Under the pieces are notes generated by a model. It was given only the letters and a program-made list of their open reading frames with translations, was not told where the DNA came from and searched no databases. The position numbers and the translations under genes were made by a program. From Pontimicrobium sp. IMCC45349 (lineage in GTDB: Bacteria; Bacteroidota; Bacteroidia; Flavobacteriales; Flavobacteriaceae): DNA of 64,000 bases. The stretch is from positions 2,804,001-2,868,000 of the forward strand of contig NZ_CP178208.1 of NCBI RefSeq assembly GCF_047219225.1, in the 5' to 3' direction. Positions within the stretch are counted from its first letter, which is position 1. Every line of letters begins with the position of its first letter. This document shows positions 28,801-36,450 of the stretch, piece after piece.

Positions 28801-30773
28801 GTAGAAAATATCAATGAGATATTATCGATAATTTTAGTAGCATGCGATGCATCTTCAATATCTAAATTTGAGACAATATCGATAAGCATTTCTAAATCTG
28901 CAGCGATTTGATTTACTTCTGCTTCTAAAGCCTTAGCAGCTACTACTTTTTTAATGTCTTGTAGTGCTTTTTCTTTGTCTGAGACACGTTGATGATAGGG
29001 TAGAAGTGCTTTCTCATCTAATAAAAACTGCACACAACGTTGTGAAATCTTATCATTTTGAATAACAATTTCTTCCTCTAGTGTGGAAATAAAAGTAGTG
29101 TCAACATAGCGAATATCGTTAAGACCAATAACTTCGCCTCTTAATGTTCTTAGCTGTGATAATACCAATACAAAATCTTCAATACTTTTAAAAGAACTGC
29201 TTTTAATTTTACCAAAAATATGACTCGCTTTGTCTTGTGTTTCTTTAGTAATATTTGCAGCTGTTTTACGAAGTTGTACCACCTTTTCAAACTCATCAAT
29301 TGCAGAGTTTGCTGCAGCATTGATTTCAAAAAGTGGTTCGTTGATTAAGAATGTATCTGGTTCTGTAATCCAATAATAGCTACTAAGAATATCGTTAGAG
29401 GCCTTTGCAATGTCATCATATAAACCATCAAAACTATCCTCTTTGTTTAGTAATGTTACTAAAGCTTGAGATTCTGCCATGGCTTTTACAATGTCTTTAT
29501 TCCCTATTTTATATAATAAAGTATCTGTATGTTCCGAAGGAATGGCTTCACCTTTAACAAATGGTGTTTGCCAAATTTGTATGACGTGGTGTTTAGTTTG
29601 TTCGTCTTCAGTTTTAAAGTAACATAGTTCACCATCTTTAAGAATGGTGTAACCGTTACATATAATAGGTGTTTTTACTTGTTGCTCAATAACATTGTAG
29701 GACATAAGTATGTAGAGTCCTTTTGTGCTTTCGTAAAAAACATATAAGTAATCCTCTCCATTAGGAGAGCTCACCGTTTTTTTAAACTTTACATTAGTAA
29801 TACCATTGTCAAAAAGTTTAAAATCACCAGATTGTAAATAATAACCACCGGCAAAAATAATACCTTGGTCATCTGGTAATAACAAACAGGCATCACCTAT
29901 ACTATCTATTTTTTTTACCTCCTGAATTTTATGGTTGTATACAAAATAGCGAGGTGCTTCTTGAAAAGGTTTAATTTCTAGAGCAATAAGGTTGCCTAAA
30001 TCTGCATAGCGATATTGACCATCATCTAATGTTTGGTCAGCGTGTTCAACAAGCTCACTATAAATACCTTTACCATCATCTGTGTTATCTTCTATTTTTA
30101 TAGTTAAGTCGCCTCCAATAGTTTCTACAAATACTTTATCTAATATAGAAATATGTGGATGCTCACCATAAACGTGTTGGTCTCTACTAGGCTCTACCCA
30201 ATTAAAAGCGTGTTGATTTGGGAATTTAAATTCATGTTCGCTTCGATTATCTATGTATTTAAGTGAACCATCATTTATTAACCATTTAAATGTTTTTACG
30301 TCAGTAACACTATCACTTAATTGAAAAACCATGTGTAGATAGTTTCCAACGATAGCAAACTTTGAAAAAACCGTATTTCTATAATATTTGTACAGATTGG
30401 TAAAATCGTCAATAAAAATAGCATCGTTCAATAAGTCCAACGATTGATTGACAAAGTGGTTGTCTTCGTAGGTATAGATGCTGAATACATCGTCTAAAGT
30501 AATGTCTGTACGAAGTCCAAAATGTACGTTATATCCAAATAGGCAAATATCACCAATAGTAACAATATCACGTGCTATACAGTTGTTTTCTGTATTAATA
30601 CGATTATTAGCAATTAGTTTAGTTTCAACATTACCAAAAACGGTTTTACGCGCTTCATTTAGTTGCGCTAATCGTGATAGAAGTTCACTTTTTTGTTTTT
30701 GTAGGCGTCCTTGAATAATTTCATAAGTACCACCATCAAGTTGTATGTTATTTGCGTCGTTGGGTTGTTCCAT
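25875..30773 (-). CDS. giant (1632 aa) protein with a C-terminal MoxR/AAA_5-type ATPase domain and a long uncharacterised helical N-terminal region
   Basis: Walker A LLISPPGYGKTTL and Walker B VMLYLDDIQH, followed by the AAA_5-typical ...FCVIMAGNPYTE (ATxNP-like sensor-1) and ANRADIY (arginine-finger region). About 1150 aa upstream of this have no recognisable motif. Confidence 0.6.
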   Translation of the reverse strand: MEQPNDANNIQLDGGTYEIIQGRLQKQKSELLSRLAQLNEARKTVFGNVETKLIANNRINTENNCIARDIVTIGDICLFGYNVHFGLRTDITLDDVFSIYTYEDNHFVNQSLDLLNDAIFIDDFTNLYKYYRNTVFSKFAIVGNYLHMVFQLSDSVTDVKTFKWLINDGSLKYIDNRSEHEFKFPNQHAFNWVEPSRDQHVYGEHPHISILDKVFVETIGGDLTIKIEDNTDDGKGIYSELVEHADQTLDDGQYRYADLGNLIALEIKPFQEAPRYFVYNHKIQEVKKIDSIGDACLLLPDDQGIIFAGGYYLQSGDFKLFDNGITNVKFKKTVSSPNGEDYLYVFYESTKGLYILMSYNVIEQQVKTPIICNGYTILKDGELCYFKTEDEQTKHHVIQIWQTPFVKGEAIPSEHTDTLLYKIGNKDIVKAMAESQALVTLLNKEDSFDGLYDDIAKASNDILSSYYWITEPDTFLINEPLFEINAAANSAIDEFEKVVQLRKTAANITKETQDKASHIFGKIKSSSFKSIEDFVLVLSQLRTLRGEVIGLNDIRYVDTTFISTLEEEIVIQNDKISQRCVQFLLDEKALLPYHQRVSDKEKALQDIKKVVAAKALEAEVNQIAADLEMLIDIVSNLDIEDASHATKIIDNISLIFSTINQLKAGLKNKLKSLGEKEASAEFAAQLKLVDQSIINYLDIANTPEKTDELLNKVSIQLEDLEGRFADFEDFISLIIEKREEVYNAFEARKNGLIEARNKKAISLETAANRILKGVAKKALNFKTTTEINGYFASDLMINKLRDIIENLKDLEDVGKAEAIETGLKVAKEDAIRKLKDTQDLYEDGETIIRLGKHKFGVNKQPLDLTIVFKDDTLKYHLTGTDFYQTIEDTTLLSSQKYWNQELVSENKTIYRAAYLAYKLFTNASQNLNSLDETALLQLIKNESSKNYSEGYIKGVHDEDAAQILQVLINKHHNLGLLRYTPLVRAFGQFFWYNLNSENKAHWNQKIKASGEVLSTFPESNEYKVILEALSHELKQSTVYDSLSKHYIKSNQTLELETASYLFEELQSDNTFCISKTAQELHDQFTKTLENKNALITFNNSVKTALNEQVISQAAVELVVQWVSSFIKLHAPQKTDYIYEIAALILFKSEATSNIIQVNPDAVIQNLKGTHECIQEGSFNFNYHDFTQQLQTFQTVEVPAYNAFRTAKHSVTETLKDSLKLEEFKPRVLSSFVRNKLIDKVYLPLFGDNLAKQLGSVGDNKRTDRMGMLLLISPPGYGKTTLMEYMANRLGLIFMKINGPAIGHEVTSVDPLTANNSAAREELNKLNLAFEMGNNVMLYLDDIQHCNPEFLQKFISLADGTRKIEGVYNGKPKTYDLRSKKFCVIMAGNPYTESGEKFQIPDMLANRADIYNLGDIIGDTADLFKLSLIENALTSNPILHQLSSKYFEDIYQLIETVESGNRENLELKGNHTKQEVEDYLAVLDKVVTIRNTVLKVNETYIKSAAMDDNYRIEPSFKLQGSYRDMNKLVAKVVPIMNNKELQILLLSHYENESQTLTSAAEANLLKYKELAETIDANELERWESIKATFIKNNKLKGFGNQNGMTQILAQMMQFSEHLEGIQDVLKSGLNKKS

Positions 30774-30967
30774 TCTTAAATTGTAATTGGATTTAAAACG
30801 TATAAATCTTAAAAGATGTGTTATTTAAACACTTAATCATTATGAAAATGAGAGGAACGAACGATAATAAATCTTAATTAGATTTTTTATTATTCTATAT
30901 CTGTGTAACAGCAATTCCTTTTAATAAATTAGATTAAATACACTCGCTTATAAGCGAGTGTATGATA

Positions 30968-33034
30968 TTATCCTAACTTCTTATCTAATAAACCTAAGCC
31001 ACTCGCAAGATTTGATAGGTTTTCAAATAAGTTTAGTTCTCCAGAATCTGTTGTTTTAGATTTTAAGTGTAATAACAAATTAGCAACAGTTACGTTTTTA
31101 ATGTCTTCGGAAGAAATGCCATATTTAGTAGCAAATTCTTTAATCTTTTCTAATAAGTTTCCTTTTACATCATCGCTACCTAAAATAGCTTCTTTAACTT
31201 CGGTAATATTATCAGAATGATTAATTAAACGATCTACACCTTTAGACTTCGTAATTTGTCCAATAATTTGATCGAAGAACATTGTTTCTCCACCAACTAT
31301 GTCAATGTTAGCAGCTCTTAATGCCTCACCAATTACTTGTGCTTGTGCATCTGCAATATCTTTTTGGATATTGATTTCTGCTAAGTCAACTTGTAATTCT
31401 TTATTTAAGCGTAGTTTAAACTCTTCGTGCTCTTTACCAACACCATCTAATTTCTTCATAGCATTAGCTTTTTCTTCAATTCCTGAAGCTTCAGCTAAGG
31501 CTTGTTCTTTAATTACTTCGGCTTGTGCTACACCTTCTTCTTTAATCGCTTCTGCTTTAGCTAAGATACCAGCAGCTTCCGCTTTAGCTTTCTTTTCTAT
31601 AATAGTTGCTTCAACCAATCCTTGACGCTCATTAGCATCGGCTTTAGCATGCATTACTTGAGCTTCAGACATACCAATAGTAGCTTCTTCTTTAGCTTTA
31701 GCTTCTGCTAATGTTTTTCTAGCTTCTGCTTCTTTTTCACTAGCTTGTTTCTTAGCTTCTGCCTCAATATTAATTTCTTCTGCTTTTTGCTTAGATGCTT
31801 CTTTTTCAGCTTCAGCAGCTTTAATAGTTTTAATTAATGATTCTTGAGCATTCGCTTCAGCAATCGTAATTTTTACTTGTTTTTCACGCTCAGCAGTTTT
31901 GAAAGCTTCAATATCCTTCATGTTTTCTTGCTCTTCAACCACACCTTTTTCTAACATTACACGATCGCGAATTACATCTTGGATACTTTTCTTTTCTACT
32001 TCAACAACCTTTTCTTTTTCAATTTGAGCAAGCGTAACAATACGTTCTCTTTCGGTAGCTTCTAACATTCTGTCTTTTTCTACACGTTCAGTTTCAACAG
32101 CATCTGTACGTTGCTTATTTTTTGCAGCGACAATAATTTGACGCTCCATATTTTCTTCAGCAACTTTTACTTTTTCTTCGGTAGAAATTCTAGCAGATTC
32201 AGATTTTAAACGTTCTTCTTCAGCAACTTTAATAGTTTCTGCCTCTTCACGCGCTTTAATATTAGCGATTTCACGCTTTTGTTGTTCTTCTTTTTCAGCT
32301 AATTGTTTGTCTAACTCTAAAATAGCTTCGCGTGCTTCAACATCTTGCTTACGAATTACTTTTTCCTCATCGCGCTTAATAAGGTTAGCTTTCATGTTTT
32401 GCTCAGCAGTAAGTTCTGTAATTTTTTTAATTCCTTCTGCATCTAAGATGTTGTCAGGCTTTAAAAACTGTACTGAGGTTTGCTCCAAGTAATCAATAGC
32501 ACAATCTTCTAAGGTATAACCATTAAGATCAGTTCCAATAATATCTACAATTTCATCACGGAATTCGCGACGCGCTTCGTATAATTCTACGAACTGGAAT
32601 TTTTTACCTACTGTTTTTAATGCTTCAGAGAATTTAGCTTCAAAAAGCTCTTCTAAAGTTGAAATATCTGAAGCTCTTTCGCAACCTACTGTTTGTGCTA
32701 CTTTTTTAATAAACTCTACTTCATTATTTACACGTACAAAGAAGGCTACTTTAATATCGGCACGCATGTTATCTTTACATAACAATCCGTTTTCTCCAAT
32801 ACGTTCTATTTGAATTTTCTTTACAGAAATATCCATGATTTCTACTTTATGAAATACAGGTACCACGTATAATCCTTTATCTGTAGCAACTTTAGTACCC
32901 TTAAATCCTGTACGTACTAAGGCTTCACCTTGAGGTACTTTTTTATAGAATAGTGCAATAATTGCAAAATAAATGATGATTAGAAAGAGGATAAGCCCAA
33001 CGCCTATACCAATAATTTGTGTGATGTTTTCCAT
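30968..33034 (-). CDS. flotillin-like SPFH/band-7 domain protein (YqiK-like) with a long coiled-coil/Ala-Glu-Lys-rich region
   Basis: N-terminal TM helix, an SPFH core (VRTGFKGTKVATDKGLYVVPVFHKVEIMDISVKKIQIER) and an extended EA/KA-rich repeat region. 688 aa. Confidence 0.75.
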   Translation of the reverse strand: MENITQIIGIGVGLILFLIIIYFAIIALFYKKVPQGEALVRTGFKGTKVATDKGLYVVPVFHKVEIMDISVKKIQIERIGENGLLCKDNMRADIKVAFFVRVNNEVEFIKKVAQTVGCERASDISTLEELFEAKFSEALKTVGKKFQFVELYEARREFRDEIVDIIGTDLNGYTLEDCAIDYLEQTSVQFLKPDNILDAEGIKKITELTAEQNMKANLIKRDEEKVIRKQDVEAREAILELDKQLAEKEEQQKREIANIKAREEAETIKVAEEERLKSESARISTEEKVKVAEENMERQIIVAAKNKQRTDAVETERVEKDRMLEATERERIVTLAQIEKEKVVEVEKKSIQDVIRDRVMLEKGVVEEQENMKDIEAFKTAEREKQVKITIAEANAQESLIKTIKAAEAEKEASKQKAEEINIEAEAKKQASEKEAEARKTLAEAKAKEEATIGMSEAQVMHAKADANERQGLVEATIIEKKAKAEAAGILAKAEAIKEEGVAQAEVIKEQALAEASGIEEKANAMKKLDGVGKEHEEFKLRLNKELQVDLAEINIQKDIADAQAQVIGEALRAANIDIVGGETMFFDQIIGQITKSKGVDRLINHSDNITEVKEAILGSDDVKGNLLEKIKEFATKYGISSEDIKNVTVANLLLHLKSKTTDSGELNLFENLSNLASGLGLLDKKLG

Positions 33035-33069
33035 GTTTATTATTTGGTTTTGTTTAAGATTTAATATGT

Positions 33070-33819
33070 TTAAAATTTGATGTCTTCGATGTTAACGATG
33101 CGCTCATTAGGATCTTCGGCTGGAAGTACCCAATAAAAGTTTTTATCGTCCGATTGTTTGATGACTACAATTTCTTGTTTGTAATCAATCGTATTTCCAT
33201 TATGAGATTTCGCATAAATTGAAATTGGGTTGTCGTCTACTATTATCTCAGCAGATCCCATTTTGTTTTTAGAGATTTTTGAGAGCATCAATCCCTTTCT
33301 GCCTATAAGATTAATTGGCGCATCACCATCTGGATTTAAGTTTTTGAAAAAACCTTTAAATGGCGATGTAAACAGTTTGGTTATTACTAAAGAAGGTACA
33401 ATACCTGCTAATAAAAGCGTATAACCATAATTTGTGTTATAAGACGATGTTAGTGTGGTTGCTATTACTGTGCATAGCCACCAAATAAAAATCCAAGATG
33501 TAAAAGTGAACATAAAAGGAAGTCCTACAAAGTTGAAGTAAACTAGTACCTGTTGCCACCATGTTAGTTTTTTTCTTGGGTCTTTTATAACATCTTCTTC
33601 ATTTATTTCAGCATTTGCAAGATCTGTAAAAGATGCTGTATCAAGATTAGCATCGACATCTACGTCAACATCAGCATCTATATCTACATCAACGTCTATA
33701 TCTAGGTCGAAATCTATACCAGAAATCATATTGAAAATCCAATAGAGAATTAAAATTATAACCAGAATACTTAGGGTTATGTTTACTTGAGAAAAGGCAA
33801 TGTCAATAACGTTATCCAA
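33070..33819 (-). CDS. NfeD-like membrane protein (YqiJ-type partner of flotillin) with an acidic (D-I/V-D) repeat
   Basis: Multi-TM middle region and a C-terminal OB-fold-like NfeD segment (GSAEIIVDDNPISIYAKSH...). It lies directly upstream of the flotillin gene. It carries a DIDVDVDIDADVDVDVDAN low-complexity tract. Confidence 0.6.
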   Translation of the reverse strand: MDNVIDIAFSQVNITLSILVIILILYWIFNMISGIDFDLDIDVDVDIDADVDVDVDANLDTASFTDLANAEINEEDVIKDPRKKLTWWQQVLVYFNFVGLPFMFTFTSWIFIWWLCTVIATTLTSSYNTNYGYTLLLAGIVPSLVITKLFTSPFKGFFKNLNPDGDAPINLIGRKGLMLSKISKNKMGSAEIIVDDNPISIYAKSHNGNTIDYKQEIVVIKQSDDKNFYWVLPAEDPNERIVNIEDIKF

Positions 33820-34020
33820 TGCGTGAGGCTTTTTTAAATGATGGTTTTTTTAAGTAAGAACTTGTAAACAATATTAAGTAATATTTTTCATATTATAAGT
33901 GGTGAATTATCATATAATTACAAGACTTATTAATATTACAAGTTTACCTTATAAGTGCATGTATTGATAAAAATGTTACAAGAAAAATTAAGTTTTTTTT
34001 AACTTTTTAAATGGAGGAGG

Positions 34021-34165
34021 ATTTGGAAGTTCGTTTAACGTGTTCGTGTATGGTTTGTGCGGAATATTCCGTGAGGAATATTCCGAGTGTTCTGTTGTTT
34101 CTTTAAAGTTAGGAAATTTAATTGAAGTTCATGTGATAGCATGAACTATACACGTTGTTAGGCAT
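34021..34165. repeat. B-type cassette-flanking element, copy B3 (3' flank of the Zn-ribbon/membrane cassette)
   Basis: It starts GGAAGTTCGTTTAACG. It contains twin palindromes GGAATATTCC x2 (34062-34084) and a perfect 8-bp hairpin AGTTCATG-TGATAG-CATGAACT (34125-34146). The inner end tatacacgttGTTAGGCAT overlaps the stop of the 34158 gene and is the inverted partner of ATGCCTAA at 34874. Confidence 0.75.
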
Positions 34166-34529
34166 TGGCTTCTTTATCACTTGATTCAAACCGAGATTCG
34201 ATTAATTTCATTTGATTTAATATATCAATAGGTTTTGAGGTTTCAGACTTATGTTTTTCCTGAGAAAAATAAAGAGATAGTAGTCCACCAACCAGAAATA
34301 TTCCAAATAGAGCAATCACTAAGTATTGATATCGAATGTCCTGAAATTCCGTACCCAATAACGTTATTAGGCAAGGAACACAAGCACCAAGAAATAAAAA
34401 TCCTATTTTATTAAATATATTAACATTTATATCAATTTCTCCTAGTTTATCTTTTATGAATTTCCATTCACTTATAGCAATTGGATAAGCTTTGCCTTTT
34501 TGATGAGACATTAATTCATATTCTTGAGA
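34158..34529 (-). CDS. small two-TM membrane protein (second gene of the Zn-ribbon module; start taken at the internal Met that avoids overlap)
   Basis: The ORF-track version (34158..34598) would overlap the upstream gene by 47 nt. The Met at 34529 (MSDNGNN...) removes the overlap. Two hydrophobic helices (IGFLFLGACVPCLITLLG, LVIALFGIFLVGGLLSLYF). The last codons (..EANA*) are encoded by the B3 repeat. Confidence 0.5.
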   Translation of the reverse strand, partial: SQEYELMSHQKGKAYPIAISEWKFIKDKLGEIDINVNIFNKIGFLFLGACVPCLITLLGTEFQDIRYQYLVIALFGIFLVGGLLSLYFSQEKHKSETSKPIDILNQMKLIESRFESSDKEANA

Positions 34530-34551
34530 TACCGAAAAGTTGTTTCCATTA

Positions 34552-34842
34552 TCACTCATCTTTCTTAGTTTTTTTAGGTTCAACTTTTGGTTTTTCAATA
34601 GCTTGCGAAACTAATGCGTTAACTAAAACAGTATTTCCACAATTATTACAGTTTACGGGAATTATTGGATAGATTGGTCCTCCTCCAATGACAATATTTC
34701 CTCCCTGAAATTGTCTTAATTCATAAACAGTATCGTTAACAGTCCAACTGTTAGAATTACACATTGGACAAGCTCTATTTCCCCATTTCTCATTTAAGTG
34801 TTTTAATAGCTTATCTAAATCCGGTTTGTTGTCTTCTGACAT
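34552..34842 (-). CDS. small Cys4 zinc-ribbon protein
   Basis: 96 aa with CPMC (aa 25-28) and CNNC (aa 65-68) pairs and a Lys-rich C-terminal tail. It is the first gene downstream of the A3 element. Confidence 0.55.
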   Translation of the reverse strand: MSEDNKPDLDKLLKHLNEKWGNRACPMCNSNSWTVNDTVYELRQFQGGNIVIGGGPIYPIIPVNCNNCGNTVLVNALVSQAIEKPKVEPKKTKKDE

Positions 34843-34873
34843 TATATTTGTTTTTTTGATTTAATTTTTGCTT

Positions 34874-34980
34874 ATGCCTAATGTATTTATATAAACACGT
34901 TTTAATGGTTTATATAAATTGTTAAACGAAGTTAGCTTTTTTAAGTAAGAAAATCAATACGTAGAAATACGTATTTAGGC
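34874..34980. repeat. A-type cassette-flanking element, copy A3 (5' flank of the Zn-ribbon/membrane cassette)
   Basis: Near-identical to A1 and A2. TIR-like GTTAAACGAAGTT at 34921-34933 and TACGTAGAAATACGTA at 34958-34973. It begins 32 nt upstream of the start codon at 34842. Confidence 0.85.
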
Positions 34981-35027
34981 TTATATAATTGTAATGATTA
35001 CATTTATACATTGACTAAATAAAACTT

Positions 35028-36413
35028 ATGGAAGTATTGGATGTTGTCTTGCAAAAATTTTCGGCTTATGCTTGGGGATTACCATTATTAATTTTGCTTA
35101 TTGGAGGTGGTTTATACCTTTTAATACTATCTCGTTTTTTGCCTTTTAGATATATAGGTCATGCTATACAAGTACTTAGAGGTAAGTACGATGATCCAAA
35201 CGATCCTGGACAAATTAGCCATTTTCAAGCGCTTACTACTGCTTTATCTGCCACTGTAGGTATGGGCAATATTGCTGGTGTGGCTGTAGCTATTTCTATT
35301 GGTGGTCCTGGAGCTGTATTTTGGATGTGGATAAGTGCAGTAATAGGAATGTCTACCAAGTTTTTTACATCTACATTGGCTATTATGTTTAGAGGTAACG
35401 ATAGCGAAGGTAATATACAAGGTGGTCCAATGTATGTAATTACACAAGGCTTAGGGAAAGCTTGGAAACCTTTAGCAATTATGTTTGCTTTTTGTGGGTT
35501 AATAGGCGCTTTACCTGTTTTTAATGTTAACCAGTTAACCCAAGCAATTAATGATATTTTATTAAAGCCAAATGGTGTTAAAGTAAGCTTTTTTACCAAT
35601 TTATACATTGGTATAGTGCTGGTGAGTATTACTGCTATTGTAGTACTTGGAGGCTTGAAACGTATTAGTAAAACAGCAGCGCGTTTAGTACCAAGTATGG
35701 TATTACTTTACTTTGTGTTAGTGCTTATAATTTTAGGTTTACATATAGATGTTGTACCAAAATATTTAGCTATGATTTTTACTGATGCTTTTGCCGCAAG
35801 TAATTATAGTGGAACACCTTTTCTTGGAGGTGTTGTTGGTGCATTGATTTTATTAGGAATAAAGCGAGGTGCTTTTAGTAATGAAGCAGGAATAGGAACT
35901 GCACCAATGGCACATGGTGCGGCAAAAACAGACGAACCTATTCGTGAAGGTTTGGTTGCTATGCTAGGACCAGCAATTGATACTTTAATTGTGTGTACGC
36001 TTACAGCACTTACTATTTTAGTGACAGGAGTTTGGGAAACTACTGCTGATAATGGTGTAAGCTTAACAGCGTCGGCATTTGGAACTTCAATGCCAATTTA
36101 TGGTAAATACTTATTGTTATTGTGTATTGCAGTGTTTAGTATTTCGTCGTTGTTTTCGTATTCGTATTATGGTGGGAAGTGTATGTCGTTTTTATTTGGC
36201 GCTCACAATAAACATTATTACAACTACTTTTATATTATTAGTATAATACTAGGCGCCACAACGACACTAGATATGATGATAAATCTTATAGATGGTGTAT
36301 TTGCTTTAATGGCAATACCAACAATGGTGTCTACTATTATTTTAGCACCAAAAGTTGTAGAAGCATTTAAGTTGTATACTACCAAGCTTAAAAAAGAAAA
36401 AACCACATCGTAA
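35028..36413 (+). CDS. alanine/glycine:cation symporter (AGCS family)
   Basis: The conserved AGCS N-terminal region (ISHFQALTTALSATVGMGNIAGVAVAISIGGPGAVFWMW), 461 aa and multiple TM helices. Confidence 0.8.
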   Translation: MEVLDVVLQKFSAYAWGLPLLILLIGGGLYLLILSRFLPFRYIGHAIQVLRGKYDDPNDPGQISHFQALTTALSATVGMGNIAGVAVAISIGGPGAVFWMWISAVIGMSTKFFTSTLAIMFRGNDSEGNIQGGPMYVITQGLGKAWKPLAIMFAFCGLIGALPVFNVNQLTQAINDILLKPNGVKVSFFTNLYIGIVLVSITAIVVLGGLKRISKTAARLVPSMVLLYFVLVLIILGLHIDVVPKYLAMIFTDAFAASNYSGTPFLGGVVGALILLGIKRGAFSNEAGIGTAPMAHGAAKTDEPIREGLVAMLGPAIDTLIVCTLTALTILVTGVWETTADNGVSLTASAFGTSMPIYGKYLLLLCIAVFSISSLFSYSYYGGKCMSFLFGAHNKHYYNYFYIISIILGATTTLDMMINLIDGVFALMAIPTMVSTIILAPKVVEAFKLYTTKLKKEKTTS

Positions 36414-36431
36414 TTGGATGTGGTTTTTTTA
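36396..36431. terminator. bidirectional rho-independent terminator (AACCACATCGTAATTGGATGTGGTT flanked by A6 and T7)
   Basis: A perfect 9-bp stem whose loop contains the AGCS stop codon. An A-run lies upstream and a T-run downstream. It sits between convergent genes. Confidence 0.8.
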
Positions 36432-36450
36432 TATGTTAAGAATAATGTAA

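Noticed and set aside
34552-34598. 47-nt overlap between the Zn-ribbon gene and the downstream membrane-protein gene as called in the ORF track
   Set aside because: An internal Met at 34529 (MSDNGNN...) gives a non-overlapping start, so the long overlap is probably an ORF-caller artefact. The genes are still tightly linked.
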